Assembly (NCBI GenBank): GCA_023144635.1
Contig: JAGLFH010000010.1
Coordinates: 161 to 64,160 of the forward strand
From: Candidatus Auribacterota bacterium
Lineage (GTDB): Bacteria > Auribacterota > JAFGBW01 > JAFGJP01
DNA: 64,000 nt
Reading direction: 5' to 3'
The translations under genes were made by a program, and so were the position numbers. Under the pieces are notes generated by a model. That model was not told where the DNA came from, searched no databases, and worked only from the letters and a program-made list of their open reading frames with translations. This document shows positions 9,713-19,419 of the stretch, in pieces. Position 1 is the stretch's first letter. Each line of letters opens with the position of its first letter.

Positions 9713-11095
9713 ATGCTTTTTGATTCTCATTGTCATTTAACGCTTAAAGATTTCCATCATGATATAGATGATGTTTTAAAACGTGCATCGAAAAAAAACA
9801 TTCGTATTATTATCTCAGGTGATACCTTAGAAAGCTCCAAAGAAGTCATTTCTTTAATAAAAGAAAAAAAACACATTTTCCCTCATCTATATGCAACTTC
9901 CGGATATCATCCTTATTATTCTGATGATTTTGATCCTGCTGTTATCAGCCAATACAGGACATTAATAAAGGAAAGTTCTGTTGTGGCCCTTGGTGAGATA
10001 GGATTAGATTATTACAGAGAAAATTCATTGCCGGAAAACCAAAAAAAAACCTTTCAGGCATTTTTAAAATTATCGATAGAAGAAGATATACCCATTGTAA
10101 TACACTTAAGAGATGCTGAAGATGACCTTATAAACATACTTGATAAAAACGGTTATTCGCACAAAGGCACTATTCATTGTTTTTCTTCTGAAAATCCGGA
10201 TTTTGCAAAAGAATTTTTGAAAAGAGGATTCATGATATCTTTTGCCGGGCAGGTAACTTTTCCAAAGGCTGATTCCTTAAGAGAAGTTGTAAAAGAAATA
10301 CCTTTAAACCGCTTATTAATAGAAACAGATGCTCCATATCTTGCACCACAAGCTAGAAGAGGTAAAAGAAATGAGCCTTCTTATATTGAGTATACGGCTA
10401 AAAAAATAGCAGAGATAAAAGATATTTCTGTGGAAGATCTAGGCCGTATTACTTCACTAAACACTATGAGAGTATACCGAATAAATGATGATAAAGCTTT
10501 TATGCCGAAAATTTGCTACAAAATAAAAAATTCTTTATATATAAACTTAACAAATAAGTGCTCGAATGATTGCGATTTTTGCGTAAAAAAGAAGGATAAT
10601 TTTATATATGGATATAACTTGAAGCTTAAAAATGAGCCGGATTATGAAGATATAATAAGGTTATCATCCGATGAAGAAGATTTTGATGAAATAGTTTTTT
10701 GCGGACTTGGTGAACCTACTTATAGGCTTGATCTTTTAAAAAAAGTGGCTGCTTATTTTAAGGGAATGGGTAAAAAAGTAAGATTAAATACAAACGGCCA
10801 GGGAAACATTATTAATAAAAAGAATATAATCCCTGAATTAGAAGGCCTTATTGATGAGATGTCTATAAGCTTAAATGCGGAGAATAAAGAAAAATATCAG
10901 GAGATATGCAAATCGGTTTATGGGATAGAATCTTATTCAGATATCCTTGATTTTGTTGAAAAATCGTCAAAAAGCATATCTGTTACACTGACTGTTGTGA
11001 AAATTCCGGAAGTAAATATTGAAAAATGTCGCAAAATTTCGCAAAATCTAGGTGTTTCTTTTAGAGTGAGAGAAGAGTACTTTAAAAATATATGA
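9713..11095 (+). CDS. TatD-family metal-dependent hydrolase fused to a TatD-associated radical-SAM-like domain
   Basis: N-terminal MLFDSHCHL plus GEIGLDY and ETDAPYL TatD motifs. The C-terminal ~200 aa carry CSNDCDFC (CxxxCxxC) and GLGEP. Confidence 0.75.
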   Translation: MLFDSHCHLTLKDFHHDIDDVLKRASKKNIRIIISGDTLESSKEVISLIKEKKHIFPHLYATSGYHPYYSDDFDPAVISQYRTLIKESSVVALGEIGLDYYRENSLPENQKKTFQAFLKLSIEEDIPIVIHLRDAEDDLINILDKNGYSHKGTIHCFSSENPDFAKEFLKRGFMISFAGQVTFPKADSLREVVKEIPLNRLLIETDAPYLAPQARRGKRNEPSYIEYTAKKIAEIKDISVEDLGRITSLNTMRVYRINDDKAFMPKICYKIKNSLYINLTNKCSNDCDFCVKKKDNFIYGYNLKLKNEPDYEDIIRLSSDEEDFDEIVFCGLGEPTYRLDLLKKVAAYFKGMGKKVRLNTNGQGNIINKKNIIPELEGLIDEMSISLNAENKEKYQEICKSVYGIESYSDILDFVEKSSKSISVTLTVVKIPEVNIEKCRKISQNLGVSFRVREEYFKNI

Positions 11096-11108
11096 AAAGG
11101 ACTTGATT

Positions 11109-12053
11109 ATGTTATCTGCAATAGGAATAGACCTTGGCGGCACAAATACAAAAATAGCACTTGTAAGTGAAAACGGGAAAATAATTAAAAAAGATGTACT
11201 TCCAACACTTAATCCGTTTGATAAAAAAGAATGGGTGCTGCAAACAGATGAAGTTATAAATGATCTAAAAAATTCTCAAAGGGAATGTAATATTGCCGGA
11301 ATAGGTATTGGTATTGCCGGATTAGTAGATCCTTTTAAAAAGGTTATACTGCAAGCACCTAATATTGTTGGCATTGATAACTGGAATATTGGAGAAGATC
11401 TTATCTCCAAATTTAAAATATCTGTTGAAATAGATAATGATGTAAATGTCATGGCTCTTGGAGAATTTTTGTTCGGTGAAGCAAAAAAAACTAAAAATGC
11501 GATTTGTCTTACGCTTGGAACAGGTGTCGGCGGTGGACTTATACTTAATGGTGATCTTTTTAGAGGCTCGAATTTTATGGCAGGTGAGTTAGGTCATATT
11601 ACAATAAATGAAAATGGACCACAATGTAATTGCGGCAATTTTGGTTGTGCAGAGACTTATCTTGGCAATGGAAAGATAATAAAAAAATTTAAACAAATGA
11701 TGGAAGCAGATAATTCAAGTATTTTAAATGGCGTAAAAGATATCGATCCTTCAAAAATATTTGAAGCAGCAAAAAAAGGAGATTATCTATCTCTAAGAAT
11801 GTGGTCTGAATTCGCAGCCCATCTGGCAACACTTCTTTCGGGATTAGTAAACCTGTTAAATCCTGATAAAATAATTCTTGGTGGTGGAGTATCAAATGCA
11901 ATTGATGTTTTTAAAGGACCTTTGATCGAACATATGAAAAAAAGAACACTAAAAGCATCAATGGAAAAGTTAATAATTATACGATCAAAGCTTAGCCAAG
12001 AAGCAGGTGTAATAGGGGCAGCTAGTCTAGTCTTTAACAAAAAGGAATCATAA
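11109..12053 (+). CDS. ROK-family sugar kinase (glucokinase-like)
   Basis: GIDLGGTN ATP-binding start and ROK Zn motif CNCGNFGCAETY. I prefer the ATG at 11109 (AAAGGA RBS) to the TTG at 11103 in the track. Confidence 0.8.
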   Translation: MLSAIGIDLGGTNTKIALVSENGKIIKKDVLPTLNPFDKKEWVLQTDEVINDLKNSQRECNIAGIGIGIAGLVDPFKKVILQAPNIVGIDNWNIGEDLISKFKISVEIDNDVNVMALGEFLFGEAKKTKNAICLTLGTGVGGGLILNGDLFRGSNFMAGELGHITINENGPQCNCGNFGCAETYLGNGKIIKKFKQMMEADNSSILNGVKDIDPSKIFEAAKKGDYLSLRMWSEFAAHLATLLSGLVNLLNPDKIILGGGVSNAIDVFKGPLIEHMKKRTLKASMEKLIIIRSKLSQEAGVIGAASLVFNKKES

Positions 12054-13034
12054 ATGAAGATTATTGTTACAGGTGGAGCAGGCTTTATAGGATCACACCT
12101 AAGCGAAAAGTTATTATCATTAGGGCATCTTGTCTCAATAATAGATAATTTTAATGATTTTTATGCAAGGGAAATAAAGGAAGGTAATGTCAGTTTTCTT
12201 AAAGAAAATGAAAACTGCACAATATATGAAAAAGATATTACTGCTTTTGAAGATATGGATAATATATTTAAAAAAGAAAAACCAGAATGTGTTTTTCATC
12301 TGGCTGCACGTGCCGGCGTAAGGCCGTCATTAAAAGATCCGCATTTATATGAAAAAGTAAATATAACAGGTACTATCAATATTTTAGAGCTATGCCGAAA
12401 ACACAAAGTAAAAAAGCTTTTTTTTGCATCATCTTCTTCTGTCTATGGAGAGCAAAATAAAGTTCCTTTTAATGAAGAATATCCACTTGACCATATTGTT
12501 TCACCTTATGCTGCTACAAAGGCTGCTGGAGAGCATTTTTGTAGATGTTATAGTGCTCTTTACGGATTAAAGATAATGGCTCTTAGGTTCTTTACTGTTT
12601 ACGGACCCCGGCAAAGGCCGGAGATGGCCATATGTAAGTTTGCCCGAAGAATAGATTCTTCCGAAAAGATTGAGATTTTTGGTGATGGCACATCAAGTCG
12701 TGATTATACATATATAGATGATATAATTCAGGGACTTTTAAAAGCTCTTGAAGTAGATTTTTCATTTGAGATAATAAATTTGGGAGAATCGACTACGATC
12801 TATTTAAAGGACCTTGTAAGTATAATAGAAAATAATTTAGGAAAAAAAGCAGATATCATTTATGGTGAATACCAAAAGGGAGATGTTACAAAGACCTTTG
12901 CTGATATAAAAAAAGCTGAGAACATATTAGGATATGATCCTAGAATCGATATAAAAGAAGGTGTCAGAAGATTTATCGAGTGGTATAAAGCAAATTATAC
13001 TAAAGGCATTTATAATAAACAAAAAAACAAATAA
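12054..13034 (+). CDS. NAD-dependent sugar-nucleotide epimerase/dehydratase (extended SDR)
   Basis: TGGAGFIGSHL Rossmann motif and YAATKAAGE (YxxxK). Confidence 0.8.
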   Translation: MKIIVTGGAGFIGSHLSEKLLSLGHLVSIIDNFNDFYAREIKEGNVSFLKENENCTIYEKDITAFEDMDNIFKKEKPECVFHLAARAGVRPSLKDPHLYEKVNITGTINILELCRKHKVKKLFFASSSSVYGEQNKVPFNEEYPLDHIVSPYAATKAAGEHFCRCYSALYGLKIMALRFFTVYGPRQRPEMAICKFARRIDSSEKIEIFGDGTSSRDYTYIDDIIQGLLKALEVDFSFEIINLGESTTIYLKDLVSIIENNLGKKADIIYGEYQKGDVTKTFADIKKAENILGYDPRIDIKEGVRRFIEWYKANYTKGIYNKQKNK

Positions 13035-13086
13035 TGAAAAAATAATAAAAATAAGTTAATATATCTTTTCAATATAAGGAGCAGTT

Positions 13087-14049
13087 ATGAAAGTACTTAT
13101 CACCGGAGGTGCTGGTTTTATTGGTTCGCACCTTGCTGAAGCATTGCTGGAAAAAGGATATATCGTTACAATAATAGATAATCTTGCTACAGGACATCTT
13201 GATAATATAAAACATTTGGAAAAAAATCCGAATTTTGAATTTATTTATGATTCAATTTTGAATTACAGGACTCTTGAAAGAGCATTGGAAGACGTAAAAT
13301 ATGTTTTTCACTTTGCTGCATCAGTCGGCGTTAAGTATATACTGGAAAATAAGTTAGACAGCATTGTTACAAACGTACGCGGAACTGAGATCCTTCTTGA
13401 TCTGGTCGATAAGAAAAAAATAGGTATACTTTTTGCATCTACTTCAGAAGTTTATGGGCTTAATGATTCAGGAAAGCTTACCGAGGAAGATAACCGCATC
13501 ATGGGTGTTACAACAGTGCATCGCTGGAGTTATGCATGCGCAAAAGCTTTAGATGAATTTTTAATGCTTGCTTTTTATAAGGAAAGAGAGCTTCCTGTAA
13601 AAATAGTACGTTTTTTTAATGTATGCGGCCCAAGACAGACAGGACAGTATGGCATGGTTGTACCGGGATTTGTTAAGCGTGCTCTTGAATCACTTCCTAT
13701 AGAGGTATATGGGAACGGTAAACAGATAAGGAGTTTTACTCACGTACAAGATGCTGTTGATGCTGTTATAAAAATATTTGAAAATAAAAAAACTGAAGGC
13801 AAGATTTATAATATTGGAAGTGAAAATGTTATTAATATATGGGAGCTTGCTGTTAAAGTAAAAGAAATATTGAACAGCCAGTCAGAAATAAAATTTGTTT
13901 CTTATGAAGATGCATATCCGGAAGGATTTGAAGATATGAAACGACGTGTTCCTGATATTTCAAAAATTAGATTAGAATGTGGGTATGAGCCCAAATTTAA
14001 TATGAATGATATTATAAAAGATATAGCTGAATATTATAAAAGGAAATAG
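13087..14049 (+). CDS. NAD-dependent sugar-nucleotide epimerase/dehydratase (UDP-glucuronate decarboxylase/ArnA-C-like SDR)
   Basis: TGGAGFIGSHL and YACAKALDE (YxxxK). Confidence 0.75.
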   Translation: MKVLITGGAGFIGSHLAEALLEKGYIVTIIDNLATGHLDNIKHLEKNPNFEFIYDSILNYRTLERALEDVKYVFHFAASVGVKYILENKLDSIVTNVRGTEILLDLVDKKKIGILFASTSEVYGLNDSGKLTEEDNRIMGVTTVHRWSYACAKALDEFLMLAFYKERELPVKIVRFFNVCGPRQTGQYGMVVPGFVKRALESLPIEVYGNGKQIRSFTHVQDAVDAVIKIFENKKTEGKIYNIGSENVINIWELAVKVKEILNSQSEIKFVSYEDAYPEGFEDMKRRVPDISKIRLECGYEPKFNMNDIIKDIAEYYKRK

Positions 14050-14053
14050 TGAT

Positions 14054-16078
14054 ATGAAAAGAAACGCTGTAAAAATAATTGTTGTTGTTTTTGTTCTGGC
14101 TTATCTTTTGATCTTTGATGACCTTTATGCTTTGGAATTTAAAGCTGAAAAGGTAAATTATGATATTAATACGTCAGAAACTGTGTGTGAGGAAAATGTA
14201 GTCGTTCAGCATGAAGGCCAGTATCTTGTGTCAGACAAAGCAAAGTTAAATGTTAATGAAAATTCTTCTTATGCAGAGGGCAGTGTTCTTGTTGTAACAG
14301 ATGAAGAGACATATCTTATAGATAATATTGATTTCAATTTTAAAACAGAAGAAGGAACCGGATCGAATGGCACTTCTTACAAGTATCCATGGGTTATAAC
14401 AGGATCTTCAGTAGAAAAAAAAGGCAACGATATGATAATAAAAGATGCTGTTATTAGGCCTTCTACTGCATCTGGATCTTTAATAACTTTTAAAGCCAAG
14501 ACGGCAATAATAGAGGATAATAAATTCCTTATTATTAAAAGCTTAACTTATTATTTAGGTAAGGTCCCTGTTTTTTGGTTTCCTTATATGAAGAAAAAAA
14601 TAACTGATGATAGAACAGAACTTAGAATAACTCCGGGTAAGAACAGCCTGCATGGGTATTATGTAAAAACTTCATACCGGTATTGGTTTACACCTGATAC
14701 TTACGGACGCCTTTACCTTGATTTTATGGAAGAAAGAGGGACAGGTTACGGGGCAGAGGTCGGAATAGAATCACTGGAAACAAAGGGTCTTTTAACAGGA
14801 TATTATATAGAGGATGAAAATTTTGTCCCTATAAGGTCACAAGATATACCTACCGGTAAAGACGAACGTTATTGTGCTAATTTAAAACTAAACCAAAAAC
14901 TTCCCACTCAATGGTCTTTAATATTTCAAGGTAATAAGCAAAGCGACCTTGACTTTTATGATGATTTTTTTTATGACGATTTTAGAAATTCAATACAGAG
15001 ACAGAATTATTTAAGACTTATAAAGAGTAAGAACAATACTAACTTTTCACTGCTTCTTGAAAAGAGGTTTAACGATTTTTTTACAGTTATAGAAAAAGAA
15101 CCTGAAATAAAATATGATTATAACAATTATTTTCTGGAAGAATATAATGTGTTCCATACTATATCTTTGGAAGCATCACGTTTAAATTTAAAATATGCTG
15201 ATGATTCAAATGAAGACCTCAAGAATTCACGTATATACCTAAATAATGAATTGTCGTACCCTATGAAATTTTTCGGGTGGCTTAATCTTGAACCGACTTT
15301 TACTATGGAAAACATTTATTATGATAATGCTGTTGATGACAGCGGTATATTAAGAAATGTATATCAGGGAGACCTTGATCTTTTTATAAAACTTTCAAAA
15401 GTGATGTATCCTGAAAAAAGAATAATGGGGTATGACAGGTTCAGGCATGTTTTTGAGCCTCATATAACTTATTCATACAGTCCTGAGCCTAATTATATGA
15501 ATGAAGAGATAATAAGTATAGACGGCCTTGACGGACGATCAAAAGTTAACACTATAGGTCTATCGTTGTGGAATAGTTTGATGGCAAAAAAAGGTAAAGA
15601 TGAAGAGGTAAAAAGCCTTATAACTGGAAATTTTAATATTTCTTATTCACCTGATACAAGTGAGTTTTCAGATATAGGTTATAAATGGGATGTTACTTTG
15701 ATAGAAAACTTAAGCCTTTATTTAAAGGGAGCTATTGATAAAGATAATTTTAACATGCTTAAAGCTGATGTTGACCTTGCATATTATTGTGATGATTTTT
15801 GGGGATTGGCAATGGGGTGGATATATAGAGATGAGAGTAACTCTCTTATTTCTCCTGAAATATTCATAAATATTTATGACAGTACTTATATTAGAGGCTT
15901 AGTGCGATATGATATTGAGTCTGAGAAAACCGAATACTCTAAAGTATCTCTGGTAAAACAGATAAAAGGTATGAATATAGCTCTTCAGTACAGTAACAGG
16001 CATACTCGCGATGAAGAATCTTATATGATAGTGTTTTCACTTTCTGATTATCCAAATACAAGCGTAGAATTTCAATAA
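14054..16078 (+). CDS. lptD: LPS-assembly outer-membrane protein LptD/OstA-like
   Basis: Signal peptide, an OstA-like N-terminal segment, then ~550 aa of aromatic-rich, beta-strand-like sequence ending in an aromatic residue (VEFQ). Embedded among LPS sugar genes. Confidence 0.6.
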   Translation: MKRNAVKIIVVVFVLAYLLIFDDLYALEFKAEKVNYDINTSETVCEENVVVQHEGQYLVSDKAKLNVNENSSYAEGSVLVVTDEETYLIDNIDFNFKTEEGTGSNGTSYKYPWVITGSSVEKKGNDMIIKDAVIRPSTASGSLITFKAKTAIIEDNKFLIIKSLTYYLGKVPVFWFPYMKKKITDDRTELRITPGKNSLHGYYVKTSYRYWFTPDTYGRLYLDFMEERGTGYGAEVGIESLETKGLLTGYYIEDENFVPIRSQDIPTGKDERYCANLKLNQKLPTQWSLIFQGNKQSDLDFYDDFFYDDFRNSIQRQNYLRLIKSKNNTNFSLLLEKRFNDFFTVIEKEPEIKYDYNNYFLEEYNVFHTISLEASRLNLKYADDSNEDLKNSRIYLNNELSYPMKFFGWLNLEPTFTMENIYYDNAVDDSGILRNVYQGDLDLFIKLSKVMYPEKRIMGYDRFRHVFEPHITYSYSPEPNYMNEEIISIDGLDGRSKVNTIGLSLWNSLMAKKGKDEEVKSLITGNFNISYSPDTSEFSDIGYKWDVTLIENLSLYLKGAIDKDNFNMLKADVDLAYYCDDFWGLAMGWIYRDESNSLISPEIFINIYDSTYIRGLVRYDIESEKTEYSKVSLVKQIKGMNIALQYSNRHTRDEESYMIVFSLSDYPNTSVEFQ

Positions 16079-16102
16079 AATATTTTGAGGGGTAATAATA
16101 GC

Positions 16103-17041
16103 ATGTCTACATATCTTATTACAGGAGGAGCAGGTTTTATAGGGTCCCATATCGTCGAGCAACTTGTATCAAATGGTGAAAAAGTAAGAGTACTCGATAA
16201 TCTTTCAACCGGTAAAATAGATAATATTAAACCTTTTGAAAGCAGTATTGATTTTATTGAGGGAGATATACTTGATGAAAAAATATTGTTCGATGCTGTG
16301 AAAGATGTTGATTTTATCTGTCATAATGCAGCATTACCATCAGTTGCGCGTTCTGTAGAAGATCCTCTACCTACAAATGATATAAACATAAGAGGCACAT
16401 TAAATGTTTTAATGGCCGCGAAGAAAAACAAAGTCAAAAGAGTAGTCTTTGCTTCTTCATCTTCAGTTTATGGAAATACTGAAGTTCTTCCAAAAGTTGA
16501 GACAATGAGCCCTCAGCCTCTTTCTCCATATGCTGTAAGTAAAATAACAGGAGAGTACTACTTAAATAATTTTTGGGTTAATTATGGGCTTAAAACAGTA
16601 AGTTTAAGATATTTCAATGTTTTTGGGCCAAGACAAAATCCAAAATCTGATTATGCAGCTGTAATACCATCATTTATTTCAAATATCATTAGTAAAAAAG
16701 CACCCACTATTTATGGTGACGGCTTACAGACAAGAGATTTCACTTATGTTGGAAATGTCGTTGAAGCTAATTTAAAGGCTTGCACTGAAGAACTTTCAGA
16801 GTACGGTGTAGCTATTAATGTATGTACAGGTGGGAGAATAAGCATTAATGATATTTTTAACTTAATAGCAAAGATAACCGGCTCCAACATAAAAGCTGAA
16901 TATGGCCAACAAAGGGCAGGGGATGTACGCGATTCCCAGGGTGATATAACAAGAATAAATAATATTTTAAAAATAAATGAAATGATCTCGTTAGAAGAAG
17001 GACTAGAAAAAACTATTGATTGGTACACAAAAAATACTTGA
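16103..17041 (+). CDS. NAD-dependent sugar-nucleotide 4-epimerase (WbpP/TviC-like extended SDR)
   Basis: TGGAGFIGSHI and YAVSKITGE. The ATG at 16103 is preferred to the upstream TTG in the track. Confidence 0.8.
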   Translation: MSTYLITGGAGFIGSHIVEQLVSNGEKVRVLDNLSTGKIDNIKPFESSIDFIEGDILDEKILFDAVKDVDFICHNAALPSVARSVEDPLPTNDINIRGTLNVLMAAKKNKVKRVVFASSSSVYGNTEVLPKVETMSPQPLSPYAVSKITGEYYLNNFWVNYGLKTVSLRYFNVFGPRQNPKSDYAAVIPSFISNIISKKAPTIYGDGLQTRDFTYVGNVVEANLKACTEELSEYGVAINVCTGGRISINDIFNLIAKITGSNIKAEYGQQRAGDVRDSQGDITRINNILKINEMISLEEGLEKTIDWYTKNT

Positions 17042-17059
17042 AAAAAAGAGAGGCAAAAA

Positions 17060-17632
17060 ATGCTGGAGCGAATTGTTTTTAAAAACAGAAGCTACAGAAG
17101 ATTTCATGAAAAAGAGAAAATAAGTTCCAACTTACTTAAAGATCTTATAAATTTAGCACGCCTTACACCATCTACCGCAAATCTCCAGCCTTTAAAATAT
17201 ATCATATCTTTTGAGAGCAAAACAAATGCTTTGATCTTTCCCTGTTTAAGATGGGCCGGATATTTAAAAGACTGGGAAGGCCCGGAAGATGGGCAAAGAC
17301 CTTCAGCATATATAGTAATATTAAATGACAAAAATATTTGTGAAAATACTACAATCGATCAGGGAATAGCTGCCCAATCAATACTTCTTGGAGCAGTAGA
17401 GGCTGAGCTTGGTGGCTGCATTATTGCCAGCATTGATAGAGATCTTCTTAGAAAAGAGCTTAAAATAGATGATCAATATCAGATCTTACTTGTACTAGCG
17501 CTTGGAAAGCCAAGAGAGCGTGTTATGTTAGAGAATATTAAAGATGGTGATGTCCGTTATTGGCGCGACAAAAATGCTGTTCATCATGTCCCTAAAAGGC
17601 CTTTAGACGAGATCCTTGTTGATATAGGGTAA
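17060..17632 (+). CDS. Nitroreductase-family protein
   Basis: RRSYRRF-type start (KNRSYRRFHEK), TPSTANLQP motif, ~190 aa. Confidence 0.75.
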   Translation: MLERIVFKNRSYRRFHEKEKISSNLLKDLINLARLTPSTANLQPLKYIISFESKTNALIFPCLRWAGYLKDWEGPEDGQRPSAYIVILNDKNICENTTIDQGIAAQSILLGAVEAELGGCIIASIDRDLLRKELKIDDQYQILLVLALGKPRERVMLENIKDGDVRYWRDKNAVHHVPKRPLDEILVDIG

Positions 17633-17800
17633 ATAACTTGCTTGTAGATTTTAGATTTACAAGGGTGGTTTGCGAACCGCCCCTATTGCAAATCCGCCAA
17701 TCTTTTTGGAGGACATACGTTTTCCGCTGTGTAAATCCACCTAAAAAGGCTTTTAAAGTATCAAATACATCTTTATCTCATATTTTCTGGATTCTGTTCC

Positions 17801-17829
17801 TTGACTTAAAAGCTTCTATGTTGTAAAAT
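17801..17829 (+). promoter_or_regulatory. Sigma70-type promoter for the COG1579/rnhA region
   Basis: TTGACT (17801-17806), 17-nt spacer, TAAAAT (17824-17829), about 50 nt upstream of the ATG at 17880. Confidence 0.55.
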
Positions 17830-17879
17830 GCATTTCTTTTGTGTCAGAATAAAGCAATAAATAAAGGAAAATACTTCAA

Positions 17880-18587
17880 ATGGTTAATAGATATAAAACA
17901 TTGTTGGACGTTCAGGAAATAGATATAAATCTTATACGGCTTCAAAAAGAAATAAAAGCGATCCCTGCTGAAATAGCAGAAATGAAAAAAACTAATGCTG
18001 ATGAAAAGAGAGCAGTTGAAAAAGTCAGTGAAAAGATTAAGAGTCTTATTGTTAAAAAGGGAAATCTGGAAACAGAAATAGAGACAAAAAAAAATCATTC
18101 CGACAAATTAAAAGGCCAACTCTTGCTTGTTAAGAAAAATGATGAATATAAAGCTCTTTCAAAAGAAATTGCTTATGATCTTAAGAACATCACAAAAATG
18201 GAAGATGAGACATTAGAGATAATGGAATCAATAGAAAAAGAAGATGAAGTCTTAAAGAGTAAGAAAGTAATCCTTAAAAATAAAGATGAAGAAATAAAGG
18301 GAAAAGAGATTCAGTCAAAGAAACAGCTTCACGATCTAAATGAACAGCTGGAAAAGTTAAAGATGCAAAAAGAAGTACTCAAAAAAGAAATATCTCCTTC
18401 TCTTCTAAAGTTATATATAAGAATCTTTCAAAATAAAAAAGATTTTGCTGTTGTCGAGGTCGTTGACAATAAAGTGTGCGGAGGTTGCAGAATGTCTTTA
18501 ACAGCAAATGTCAGGAATGAAGCAAGGAAAGATAATATTGTCCAATGTGACAATTGCTCACGTATACTATACGTAGAAATGCCCTAA
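17880..18587 (+). CDS. COG1579-type coiled-coil protein with a C-terminal C4 zinc ribbon
   Basis: Long K/E coiled coil followed by CGGCRMSL...CDNCSRILY. Confidence 0.8.
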   Translation: MVNRYKTLLDVQEIDINLIRLQKEIKAIPAEIAEMKKTNADEKRAVEKVSEKIKSLIVKKGNLETEIETKKNHSDKLKGQLLLVKKNDEYKALSKEIAYDLKNITKMEDETLEIMESIEKEDEVLKSKKVILKNKDEEIKGKEIQSKKQLHDLNEQLEKLKMQKEVLKKEISPSLLKLYIRIFQNKKDFAVVEVVDNKVCGGCRMSLTANVRNEARKDNIVQCDNCSRILYVEMP

Positions 18588-18588
18588 T

Positions 18589-18849
18589 CTGTATGTTGCA
18601 TAAAAACAGACGAAAGGGAGTCATAACATTTTGCAGCAAAGAAATCAAAAGTAATACCGTTCAAAAAATTAAATACAAGTTGTCATCATGCTCTTTTATA
18701 AGGTAATAGAATGTTTTTTCGTCTGTTTTTACCGGAGGCGTACGGATTGCATCACATCTGCTACGTTGTCAGGTATTCGCAGTATTATTTATACAGCTTC
18801 ACACCTGACGCCTCGCATTCGTGTTACACTTCGTACGTGAAACATACAG
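18589..18849 (+). ncRNA. Unclassified structured RNA-like element, copy A (paralog of 19412-19674)
   Basis: Closing helix CUGUAUGUU (18589-97) / AACAUACAG (18841-49). Long 5' hairpin ACAGACGAAAGGG (18606-18) / UUUUUUCGUCUGU (18714-26), which includes 3 G-U pairs valid only on the + strand. 3' domain helices GAGGC (18735-39) / GCCUC (18810-14) and GUCAGGU (18768-74) / ACCUGAC (18803-09). Loop blocks are conserved with copy B. Confidence 0.6.
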
Positions 18850-18975
18850 GATACAGCTAAAAATATAATTAAAAGTTATTTTAAAGCTTTAGCTACTTCA
18901 TAAAAACATACGTGAAATATATCGGGTTAACATCAACTAAAGAAATTATAAATAATTCTTAAAAATATTTATTTT

Positions 18976-19419
18976 ATGTCCAAAGAAGAAAAACTCATTA
19001 TTTATACAGACGGAGCATGCAGCGGAAATCCCGGTCATTCAGGTGTAGGTATAGTCCTTTGTGACGAATCTGGGAGTATAATCAAAAAATATTACAGGTA
19101 TATAGGTCAAACTACTAATAATATTGCAGAATACATGGCATTTGTTTTTGCTTTACAAGAATCATTGTTCAATAACGTACGTCACGTTACTGTTTATTCA
19201 GACAGTGAACTTATGGTAAGACAAATGAATGGAATATATAAAGTAAAAAATCAAAATATCCTCTTGTTATATCAAATAGCGGAAAACCTCAAAAAACATT
19301 TTAATTATTTCAAGATTGAATATATTGAAAGAGAAAAAAATAAAGAGGCTGACAGGCTTGCCCGAAAAGGAGCCAAGCTAAAAGGTAAGAATATGAGTAA
19401 GAATGAAGACGAGTCTTAA
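18976..19419 (+). CDS. rnhA: Ribonuclease HI
   Basis: IYTDGACSGNPG start, NNIAEY and SDSELMV motifs, EADRLA near the C-terminus (DEDD-type RNase H fold), 147 aa. Confidence 0.85.
   Translation: MSKEEKLIIYTDGACSGNPGHSGVGIVLCDESGSIIKKYYRYIGQTTNNIAEYMAFVFALQESLFNNVRHVTVYSDSELMVRQMNGIYKVKNQNILLLYQIAENLKKHFNYFKIEYIEREKNKEADRLARKGAKLKGKNMSKNEDES

Noticed and set aside
17638-17826. 62-aa ORF between the nitroreductase and COG1579 genes
   Set aside because: It is built from a dispersed repeat word (GGTTTGCGAACCGCCCCTA) and runs through the predicted TTGACT/TAAAAT promoter. It has no RBS.
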